Positions 35,546 through 44,778 of a stretch of 64,000 nucleotides of DNA are shown here, piece by piece; positions within the stretch are counted from its first letter, which is position 1; each line of letters opens with the position of its first letter. The notes beneath the pieces were generated by a model. That model did not search any database, was not told the origin of the DNA, and saw only the letters and a list, made by a program, of their open reading frames with translations. A program made the translations under genes and the position numbers. Source of the stretch: an uncultured Candidatus Saccharibacteria bacterium (GTDB taxonomy: Bacteria; Patescibacteriota; Saccharimonadia; Saccharimonadales; JAGQNJ01); contig CAZBPY010000002.1 in NCBI GenBank assembly GCA_964493895.1, forward strand, positions 3,351-67,350, given 5' to 3'.

Positions 35546-36424
35546 ATGCTAGGCTCTATTTTTCAGTTTGGCGCTGCTGAGGGCATTCACATTAGCCTTC
35601 GAGCCGAACCTATTACCGAATTAGGACCGCTAACTGTGACTAACTCGATGATTTATGGGGTAATCTGTGCGGTTATCATCGCAGCTATTATGATTGCCGC
35701 TCGGCGCCGAATAAAAGTTGAAGCTCGCCGCGGCTTTGGCCAAATTTTTGAGATAATCGTTGATTTCATCATCAATATGCTGGTCAATGTTTTTGGTTCA
35801 CGAGCCAAGGCTGTCAAGTATGCCCCCATCTTTGCGACTTTCTTTATTTTTATATTACTAAACAATGTTCTGGGTCTGTTGCCAGTGGTTGGGCCGGGTA
35901 TCCAGGTGGTTGTCGATGGCGCTCATACACCGCTATTTCGGCCATTTACAGCTGATCTAAACGGCACTATTGCCATGTCGGTAATGGCCATTATTTATGT
36001 CCAAATTTTATCTATCAAAGCCCAAGGCGGCAAAAAGCACCTTCAACACTACTTCAGTGACAAGCCGCTTAACCCAATTAATCTTTTCATCGGTATCTTA
36101 GAAGTTTTCGGAGAATTCACCCGAATTATGAGCCTCAGCCTGCGACTTTTCCTAAATACTGCTGTTGGCGAAATCCTGGTGGCCGTTTTCACTTCTTTAG
36201 TTCTGTCCAATGGCCGCACACCAGTGGCCGTTATCCCAATTATTTTATTCGAGGTACTGGTAGCCGGCATCCAGGCCTACGTCTTTACGGTGCTAGCGGC
36301 TACTTACCTGGGCTTGGCCATAGCCCATGCCGATCATGACAATGAACACGGCCACCCTGAACAAGACCACCAACCTGCTAATATACCCGGCCAGGTCGAG
36401 GCCAGAGGTATGCATGGTGGTTAA
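35546..36424 (+). CDS. atpB: F0F1 ATP synthase subunit a
   Basis: 292 aa, polytopic. The essential Arg region is SLSLRLFLN. A His/Asp-rich C-terminal extension is unusual. Confidence 0.9.
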   Translation: MLGSIFQFGAAEGIHISLRAEPITELGPLTVTNSMIYGVICAVIIAAIMIAARRRIKVEARRGFGQIFEIIVDFIINMLVNVFGSRAKAVKYAPIFATFFIFILLNNVLGLLPVVGPGIQVVVDGAHTPLFRPFTADLNGTIAMSVMAIIYVQILSIKAQGGKKHLQHYFSDKPLNPINLFIGILEVFGEFTRIMSLSLRLFLNTAVGEILVAVFTSLVLSNGRTPVAVIPIILFEVLVAGIQAYVFTVLAATYLGLAIAHADHDNEHGHPEQDHQPANIPGQVEARGMHGG

Positions 36425-36555
36425 GGATCATAATATGGGTAAAAATTAGGCCCGTTCCGCTCATTTTAGGTAATTTTGATGTCAAAACGGAATGATGCAA
36501 ATCACGATATGTTGACAAAATTGCATGAAATGAGCGGGGCGGCAAAAGGAGAAAT

Positions 36556-36795
36556 ATGAATCCACTAGTATTATTTGCAGCTGAAGCCAGCCCGGTTATG
36601 GGCAAGGCCTTGATGCTTGGCGCTGCCCTGTCAGCCGCCGCCATTGGCCTTGGTTGGATTGGTGCCAGCTACATGAAGGCCTTGGGCCGCAACCCCGAAG
36701 CCGGTAAAGCTGCCGGCCAGGTGATTATTATCGCCGCTATGGTTGAGGTTACAGCTCTGTTGGCATTCCTGCTAGGTGCCTTCTTGTTGAGCTAA
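36556..36795 (+). CDS. atpE: F0F1 ATP synthase subunit c
   Basis: 79 aa, helical hairpin with a loop RNPE and carboxylate in AAMVEVTAL. SD AAAGGAG lies upstream. Confidence 0.9.
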   Translation: MNPLVLFAAEASPVMGKALMLGAALSAAAIGLGWIGASYMKALGRNPEAGKAAGQVIIIAAMVEVTALLAFLLGAFLLS

Positions 36796-36873
36796 TCGAC
36801 GCGACATGGCGCAGGATTTTTGATGGATTCTGCGCCTCTGAACTAACAGAGATGATATAATTGTAAGGAGAAC

Positions 36874-37422
36874 ATGGAGTTTACAAATTTATTAACCAAC
36901 TTTGGTGCGACTGAGGAAGTCTCTGGTATCGGAGCTTTAGGAATTGATGTCTTGGCCATCCTGGCTCAGGCCTTCACTTTCCTGGTGCTGTTTTTTATCA
37001 TTAAGAAATTTGCTCTTGACGGCATTATTAAGACTTTGGAAAAGCGCCGCCAGACCATAGATGATGGAGTCCGCTTAGGCCGTGAGATGGAAGCCGAAAA
37101 GGCGGCTCTGGATGCCAAGGTTGACGATGCTCTTAAGGCCGCTCGAGCCGAAGCTGATGAAATCATAGCTGGCGGTCAAAAAGAAGCCAGTCAGATTATT
37201 AAAGCCGCTGAAGAAGCTGCCTCCCGAAAGGCTGAAGCCATTTTGGCCGATGCCCACGGCAAAATTAGTGAAGATATCGCTGCGGCTCGAAAAGGTTTAC
37301 AGCAAGAAATGCGAACTCTGGTGACTGAAGCAACCGAAATCATCATTGAAGAAAAACTTGACCAGCGCAAGGATGAATCATTAATCAAGCGAGCTCTCGC
37401 TCGAGTCGGAGGCAAAGCTTAG
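36874..37422 (+). CDS. atpF: F0F1 ATP synthase subunit b
   Basis: 182 aa. N-terminal TM helix followed by a long charged Ala/Glu/Lys-rich helix. Position in the operon supports the call. Confidence 0.85.
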   Translation: MEFTNLLTNFGATEEVSGIGALGIDVLAILAQAFTFLVLFFIIKKFALDGIIKTLEKRRQTIDDGVRLGREMEAEKAALDAKVDDALKAARAEADEIIAGGQKEASQIIKAAEEAASRKAEAILADAHGKISEDIAAARKGLQQEMRTLVTEATEIIIEEKLDQRKDESLIKRALARVGGKA

Positions 37423-37802
37423 TGAACGCCCCAACCCGTCAAGAACTGGCTGAGGCAATTTTGAAATTGTCCGATAAACAATCTGCTAAGCGTTTAAGTA
37501 AAGCGGTGGCTGCTTACCTTATGGCCAATCGGCGAACTGGCGAACTTGATGCCATTATGCGTGAAATTGCTAGGTTGCGAGAAACTCGTGACGACGTAAC
37601 TGAGGTAACAGCTACCAGTGCTCATCGGCTTAATGATTCGGCTCGCCGGACAATCAAAAAATTAATAGGTAATGAAAAGTTAATAATAAATGAGGTGGTT
37701 GATGCTGAGGTGCTCGGTGGTGTGCGCTTGGAGGCTAGCGAAATGTTGCTGGATCTAACCGTACGCGACCGATTAAATCGATTGAAAGCAGCGACTAGAT
37801 AA
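37422..37802 (+). CDS. atpH: F0F1 ATP synthase subunit delta (short form)
   Basis: 126 aa with a GTG start overlapping the atpF stop (TAGTG). C-terminal [26 protein letters not shown] is OSCP-like. The N-terminal domain is shortened. Confidence 0.7.
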   Translation: MNAPTRQELAEAILKLSDKQSAKRLSKAVAAYLMANRRTGELDAIMREIARLRETRDDVTEVTATSAHRLNDSARRTIKKLIGNEKLIINEVVDAEVLGGVRLEASEMLLDLTVRDRLNRLKAATR

Positions 37803-37810
37803 GGAGAACA

Positions 37811-39340
37811 ATGAAAGATATTAGCGTCAAAGAACTTAGCCAGGATGTGCGTCAGGCCATTGAAGAGTTAAAAAGCAGTCCCAGCATTGAAAGGGTCGGC
37901 GTAGTAACTCGGGTTGGTGACGGCATTGCCTGGATTTACGGCTTGTTTAACACTGGCTATAGCGAAATGATTGAGATTGACGGTGTTGACGGCGGCAAAG
38001 TGCCAGCTTTTGCCCTCAACCTGATGGAGGATGAAATCGGAGCTGTTATCCTGGGTGACGACACTAATGTTAGAGCCGGCGCCAAGGTCCGCCTGACCGG
38101 CAAAATATTGGAAGTTCCGGTTGGTCCAGAGCTAGTCGGTCGAGTGGTTGATCCGTTGGGCAATCCGCTAGATAACAAAGGCGCTATAAAAACCAAACAC
38201 ACTAGTCCGATTGAGCGGGCGGCCCCGGGCGTTTTAGATAGAAAGTCAGTTCACGAACCACTGATGACCGGACTGATGGCCATTGATTCAATGGTGCCGA
38301 TCGGCCGTGGTCAGCGGGAGTTGATTATCGGTGACCGTCAAACCGGTAAAACAGCTGTGGCTGTCGACACAATGATCAACCAGCACCGCCAAGGCACAGG
38401 TGTTATAAACATCTATGTGGCGGTCGGACAGAAGTTGTCGAAAGTGGCTCGCCTTGCCGAGCGGCTAAAGCGCGAAGGCGTCATGGACCAAACCATAATT
38501 GTAGCCACCAGCGCGTCCGATCCGGCTAGTTTGCAGTACCTAGCTCCTTACGCTGGTACGGCCATGGGCGAATATTTCCGCGACAACGGTCAGCATGCTT
38601 TGATTATTTATGATGATTTGTCCAAGCACGCCACTGCCTATCGCCAGATGTCGCTTCTGCTGCGCCGCCCGCCGGGCCGTGAAGCCTATCCAGGTGATGT
38701 TTTCTATCTGCACTCTCGCCTGTTGGAACGCTCAGCTAAGTTGTCGGATGCCAAGGGCGGCGGATCGCTGACAGCTTTGCCGATTATTGAAACCCAAGCC
38801 GGCGACATCAGCGCCTACATCCCGACCAACGTGATTTCTATTACCGACGGCCAGATTTTTATGGAGACTTCCCTGTTCTACCAAGGCATTAGACCGGCTA
38901 TATCGGTTGGTCTATCTGTGTCGCGTGTTGGTGGTTCGGCCCAGACCAAGGCCGTCAAATCGGTGGCCGGAAACTTGCGCCTAAGCCTGGCTCAGTTCCG
39001 CGAATTGGCGGCTTTCTCACAGTTCTCAACTGATCTGGATCCGGAAACAAAGCAGACTATCGAGCGTGGCCAACGCCTAACCGAACTGCTCAAACAGCCG
39101 CAGTATTCACCGCTGGCAGTCTGGCAACAAACAGCTTGCTTACTGGCGGCTAATGAAGGAGCTTTTGACTCTGTGCCCGTCGAGTCGATCAAGAAGGCTC
39201 AGGATGCCCTATTGAATACCCTTGGGACTCAGCACAAAAAGGAAATGAAAGTTCTGGACAAGGGTGACAAGCCAGATGATAAATTGCGCGACATAATACT
39301 AAAAGCAGCAAAATCAGTGGCTAAGGAGTATCAAGAGTAA
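37811..39340 (+). CDS. atpA: F0F1 ATP synthase subunit alpha
   Basis: 509 aa. P-loop GDRQTGKT and alpha-subunit-like sequence throughout. Confidence 0.97.
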   Translation: MKDISVKELSQDVRQAIEELKSSPSIERVGVVTRVGDGIAWIYGLFNTGYSEMIEIDGVDGGKVPAFALNLMEDEIGAVILGDDTNVRAGAKVRLTGKILEVPVGPELVGRVVDPLGNPLDNKGAIKTKHTSPIERAAPGVLDRKSVHEPLMTGLMAIDSMVPIGRGQRELIIGDRQTGKTAVAVDTMINQHRQGTGVINIYVAVGQKLSKVARLAERLKREGVMDQTIIVATSASDPASLQYLAPYAGTAMGEYFRDNGQHALIIYDDLSKHATAYRQMSLLLRRPPGREAYPGDVFYLHSRLLERSAKLSDAKGGGSLTALPIIETQAGDISAYIPTNVISITDGQIFMETSLFYQGIRPAISVGLSVSRVGGSAQTKAVKSVAGNLRLSLAQFRELAAFSQFSTDLDPETKQTIERGQRLTELLKQPQYSPLAVWQQTACLLAANEGAFDSVPVESIKKAQDALLNTLGTQHKKEMKVLDKGDKPDDKLRDIILKAAKSVAKEYQE

Positions 39341-40017
39341 TGAGACACGAGGCGCCAGGCATAGGGTTGTTCGATGTAGCTGACATTCATGCCGGCATTG
39401 GCGGTGAGTCTTTAGCTGTGGCTCCTCCCGCTGAACTAAAATTGTATCCTGGCCAACAATTGGAGCTCGAACAACATGGTCGAGAATTTATCGAAGCGGC
39501 GCGTGATCGTCGGATTGAAATTCTGTCAAGCACTTCCAATACTCAATCTGAAATGCCGCCTCTAGGAGCCCAAGGTGTGCTGTTTGCCCAGGGTGATAAT
39601 AAAAACGAACGACCGGCTATTCATACTAGGGTCTCTGGAGCAATTCGAGACTTGCTGGCTGAAGACCAGGACGCTCTGGAAATTATCGAAGCCATGGATA
39701 AAGCCTTCAGCCACCCGGAGGTAACCGTCGAGAAATTTAGCAAACTGCTGTTTACAAATAGCCGGGCTAAGCAGCTTCAAATTCATGAAATATCTGAGAC
39801 CCCAGAATTTATTGTGGTCAGCGAAGTCGCCGAACAAATTGCTGATGCTTACATCCAACAGTTACTGCTGCTAATGAATGAAGTCCCAGAAACCCAGGCT
39901 GCCGACCGTCTGGCTCGCCAGATCATTATGATGACTATGTACTATGCTTTTAAAAATTGTATGGCATTAACGCACAACAATATGCTTTTACCAACGAAGG
40001 TTGCTATCGATGGCTAA
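39340..40017 (+). CDS. hypothetical protein inserted between atpA and atpG (225 aa)
   Basis: The ATG overlaps the atpA stop (TAATG) and the stop overlaps the atpG ATG by 8 nt. The ORF is uninterrupted and fills the whole gap. No TM segment or motif recognised. Confidence 0.6.
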   Translation: MRHEAPGIGLFDVADIHAGIGGESLAVAPPAELKLYPGQQLELEQHGREFIEAARDRRIEILSSTSNTQSEMPPLGAQGVLFAQGDNKNERPAIHTRVSGAIRDLLAEDQDALEIIEAMDKAFSHPEVTVEKFSKLLFTNSRAKQLQIHEISETPEFIVVSEVAEQIADAYIQQLLLLMNEVPETQAADRLARQIIMMTMYYAFKNCMALTHNNMLLPTKVAIDG

Positions 40018-40876
40018 TACGATTGCCCTGAAAAGGCGCATCACCAGCGTTAAGAATACCAAGCAGATTACTAAGGCTATGGAGCTGGTGGCGGCCTCTA
40101 AAATGCGCCGGGCCCAAGAACAAACTCTGCGTACCCGCGATTACGCTATCATGGCTGGACAGATTCTGACTCGTCTTCGACAGCTGACTGATGTTAGTAA
40201 ACACCCTCTGTTTGTGCAGCGCCCTGTCAAAAACAAACTTTACATAGTGGTTACCAGTGATCGGGGTCTGGCTGGAGCCTACAACAGTAATGTCCTGCGG
40301 CAGCTGTCTAAAAGTCTGCGTCAGGACGCTGATGATAAAATTTCGACCCAACTTATTATTGTTGGCAAGCAGGCTGCCCGATTTGTATCTAGATTAGAAG
40401 ACGTCAATGCTCTAGCTGCTTATACTGAGTTTCCTGAACGCCCTACAGCTAATGACATTCGGCCAATTCTAAATACTATCACCGAGATGTACACTAAGCG
40501 CCAGATTGATGCTGTCGATGCTATTTTTACCGACTATAAGTCCAGCATCACCCAAGTGGTCAAGGTACAGCGGGTTTTGCCGGCAGCCTTTACTGCTGAA
40601 CCAATCTCTCACGATCTCGGCGAAGCAGATTTTGAACCTTCGCCAGAAGAAGTCCTGGCGTCGGTGACTTTGCGATTAATCGAAGCTCAGCTGACCCAGA
40701 TATTCTATGAAGCCCAGGCCTCAGAGCAGTCCATGCGAATGATGGCTATGAAGAATGCTACTGATAACGCCAATGAATTAGTCGATGATCTTACCCTGGC
40801 CTTCAATACAGCCAGACAAGCAGCTATAACACAAGAATTAGCCGAAATAACCGGCGGAGCGGAGGCCATCAAATGA
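40010..40876 (+). CDS. atpG: F0F1 ATP synthase subunit gamma
   Basis: Start at the ATG at 40010 (MANTIALKRRITSVKNTKQITKAMELVAASKMRRAQ). C-terminal RQAAITQELAEITGGAEA. Confidence 0.93.
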   Translation: MANTIALKRRITSVKNTKQITKAMELVAASKMRRAQEQTLRTRDYAIMAGQILTRLRQLTDVSKHPLFVQRPVKNKLYIVVTSDRGLAGAYNSNVLRQLSKSLRQDADDKISTQLIIVGKQAARFVSRLEDVNALAAYTEFPERPTANDIRPILNTITEMYTKRQIDAVDAIFTDYKSSITQVVKVQRVLPAAFTAEPISHDLGEADFEPSPEEVLASVTLRLIEAQLTQIFYEAQASEQSMRMMAMKNATDNANELVDDLTLAFNTARQAAITQELAEITGGAEAIK

Positions 40877-41448
40877 ACACAGTTAACCAATATGAACTGG
40901 AAAAACCGGCTCACCTAACAGATGAGTATGAACTTTACGGCCCCAACAATTTGTTGGTAGTGTCAGGCAAGCTCGCAGGCTTTGCTGCTGATTCAGCTAT
41001 TTACTTAACCGAAAGAATTAATTCAATAGCTGCCGCCAACAGTTTACCTGAATCTGCTAGCTGCCCTGATGCTACTTATCAATATAATTCACAGTGGGAT
41101 ACTCATCCCATAAAGGGTATTTCAGCACGACGACGTTTGCGACAAGAATGGCCCCAAAATATTAATCATATTTTAGAAGAGCGAGCCGAAGGCGACATAG
41201 CGCTAATACCTAACGGACCAGGATTCACCATTGCAGCGGCTTTGATTTTAGGACAGGCAGTCGGAATGGGTAGAGGCGATGTTTACCTATTCAAACGGAG
41301 AGTGCCAGATATGTATCGAAGGAACCCACGGGTACAGTCAGTAAATGATACGTCAAACTTGTTTGGCTGGCGAGCTCCCAACTCTGGCAAGGCTCATCAC
41401 GAATCCTTGAAAGCAACACCTGAGAATTTTGTGGGGGCAACTAGATGA
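40873..41448 (+). CDS. hypothetical protein inserted between atpG and atpD (191 aa)
   Basis: ATGA overlap with the atpG stop. Uninterrupted ORF. No motif recognised. Confidence 0.6.
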   Translation: MNTVNQYELEKPAHLTDEYELYGPNNLLVVSGKLAGFAADSAIYLTERINSIAAANSLPESASCPDATYQYNSQWDTHPIKGISARRRLRQEWPQNINHILEERAEGDIALIPNGPGFTIAAALILGQAVGMGRGDVYLFKRRVPDMYRRNPRVQSVNDTSNLFGWRAPNSGKAHHESLKATPENFVGATR

Positions 41449-41520
41449 CCATCGCCGAAACAGATATGACCAAAGATAGTGCATACCAAGTATACTAAAG
41501 AGATAAATAGGAGTTAGTTT

Positions 41521-41832
41521 ATGAATAAACCAGAAGAAGGGCCGCAGGCATTTCGAGAGATTGCCGATAGACAAAGGCCAGCACCGGTTGGTAGAACTCG
41601 GGTGCCAGCGCGATCATACCAAGATGCAGTGGAAGAAAGCGACCCCGGCTTGGTGGGCGCCGATGTGCCTACCAAAGATTCTAAACAAGAAGACACGGTT
41701 ATGGATTTATCCGTCTGGGGGACTGCTGCTGGTTACCTAACTGGCGATCCTGCACTGTTAGCAGCTCGCGGGCACACTGATGAAGAAATACAAAATATTC
41801 AGATTGAAATCGCAAAAAGAAGAGGAGAATAA
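41521..41832 (+). CDS. hypothetical protein immediately upstream of atpD (103 aa)
   Basis: SD TAGGAG lies 7 nt upstream. The stop TAA directly abuts the atpD ATG at 41833. Acidic and probably disordered. No motif recognised. Confidence 0.5.
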   Translation: MNKPEEGPQAFREIADRQRPAPVGRTRVPARSYQDAVEESDPGLVGADVPTKDSKQEDTVMDLSVWGTAAGYLTGDPALLAARGHTDEEIQNIQIEIAKRRGE

Positions 41833-43217
<1,385 letters not shown>

Positions 43218-43218
<1 letters not shown>

Positions 43219-43589
43219 TGCCCGAACAGGATTCGTTTACTCCTGAAGACGTTGTGATAGTCGCCGAGGCGGCGGCAGTTGAGGCTGGGCGTTACCCGGA
43301 TGCTCCGTCTACTACTCTCGTCATCAGGAATGTGCTAGATGCCCTTGGCCTGGCAGAGAATCCTGATGAATTACCGGTTGAAACTGCTGATAACGTCAAA
43401 GAAATCCTTGAAACTTACGCCAGAGATGTTCGCGAGCACATGGCTGAAGTTATGGCTCGTACACTTGGTAACACTGCAATCATTGAGGATGCAAATAATT
43501 TTCAGCCAGAGGTGGCATCTGATGAAGAATCTAGGGTATTGGATGCCAGTAATAAATTTGCCAGTGACCAGGGAGATAAGACTGAATGA
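43218..43589 (+). CDS. hypothetical acidic protein inserted between atpD and atpC (123 aa)
   Basis: TAATG overlap with the atpD stop and ATGA overlap with the atpC start. No motif recognised. Confidence 0.55.
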
Positions 43590-44014
43590 TTCACTTTGAA
43601 CTTGTCACTCTAAATGGAAAGAAGTTTGGCGGCAACGTTCATGAAGTAGTATTGCCGACGCCGCAAGGTCAGATTGCTATCTTCCCTCACCACATGCCGC
43701 TGGTCAGCATTGTTAGTCCAGGCATGATAAAAGTCCGCGAAAGACCGGATGATCCCGACGACTTTATGAAAGTCTATGCTACTAATGGTGGTGTCATCGA
43801 GATAGCTTATAATCAAATCAGGGTTTTAGTTGACGAAGCTGATAGCTCTGACGAAATTAACGAACAAGAAGCCCGCAAGGCTCATCAAGAAGCTTTAGAT
43901 CTAAGGAAAAATGCTAGGGACTTAGTGTCACTTGATCAGGCTCAGGGTTTGATAGATCGGACTTCTACCCGTTTGAAAGTGGCTGAACTGCGGCGTCATC
44001 GTCGCAGTCGCTAA
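43586..44014 (+). CDS. atpC: F0F1 ATP synthase subunit epsilon
   Basis: 142 aa. N-terminal beta-sandwich-like MIHFELVTLNGKKF..LPTPQGQIAIFPHHMPLVS and a C-terminal helical region. Confidence 0.9.
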   Translation: MIHFELVTLNGKKFGGNVHEVVLPTPQGQIAIFPHHMPLVSIVSPGMIKVRERPDDPDDFMKVYATNGGVIEIAYNQIRVLVDEADSSDEINEQEARKAHQEALDLRKNARDLVSLDQAQGLIDRTSTRLKVAELRRHRRSR

Positions 44015-44075
44015 GCTTGCCTTTTACACACAAAGCAGCTATTGTTTAGTTATTAACTAACGGAGGGAAGCCTAA

Positions 44076-44777
44076 ATGAAGGGTGTTTTTTCAAGAAATA
44101 ATATTGCCATGGTTGTGGCTGAAGCCTTAGGCACAGCCGTGCTGGTCAGTGCCATCTTGGCTGTATCACGATCGGCAATTGGTGTGCCATACTTTGTGGC
44201 GCTTGGCGTTGGCCTAACAATGGCCATGCTGGTCTTTATGGTCGGCAAAGCCTCCGGCGCACATGTTAACCCAGCTGTAACACTGGGATTATGGTCAGCC
44301 AGACGAATCGATACGGCTAAAGCATTAATTTACATCGGCGCCCAATTCTTAGGTGCTGTTGGAGCCTACTCTCTTTACAACTATTTAGTTCCAACTGGAA
44401 TGCGCAGCATTGCTGGTGATGAATTTTCTTGGACAGTATTGGTTTCGGAGTTAGTCGGAGCTTTTGTCTTCACTTTTGGTGTGGCCGCAGCGGTCTACAA
44501 CAATTACGAAGGCGGACGATTGGCAGCGGCTATCGGCGGCTCGCTGGCTGTGGGCATTCTAGTAGCTGGCATAGCCTCTAATGGAATCATTAACCCAGCC
44601 GCCGCTTTGGGCGTTGACTCTTGGGACAAGGCTTATGTCATCGGACCGCTTGTTGGTGGTGTACTTGGAGTAAACCTCTATGCATTGCTATTTGCCGATC
44701 GACCAGGACTGGTCGCCAGAGCTGTTTCGTCAGCTAAGAAAACTGCTAAAAGCGCAGCTAAAAAGGCTAAAAAATAA
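44076..44777 (+). CDS. MIP/aquaporin family channel with Lys/Ala-rich tail
   Basis: 233 aa. Two NPA boxes (HVNPAVTLG, INPAAALG). The tail reads SSAKKTAKSAAKKAKK. Confidence 0.9.
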   Translation: MKGVFSRNNIAMVVAEALGTAVLVSAILAVSRSAIGVPYFVALGVGLTMAMLVFMVGKASGAHVNPAVTLGLWSARRIDTAKALIYIGAQFLGAVGAYSLYNYLVPTGMRSIAGDEFSWTVLVSELVGAFVFTFGVAAAVYNNYEGGRLAAAIGGSLAVGILVAGIASNGIINPAAALGVDSWDKAYVIGPLVGGVLGVNLYALLFADRPGLVARAVSSAKKTAKSAAKKAKK

Positions 44778-44778
44778 T

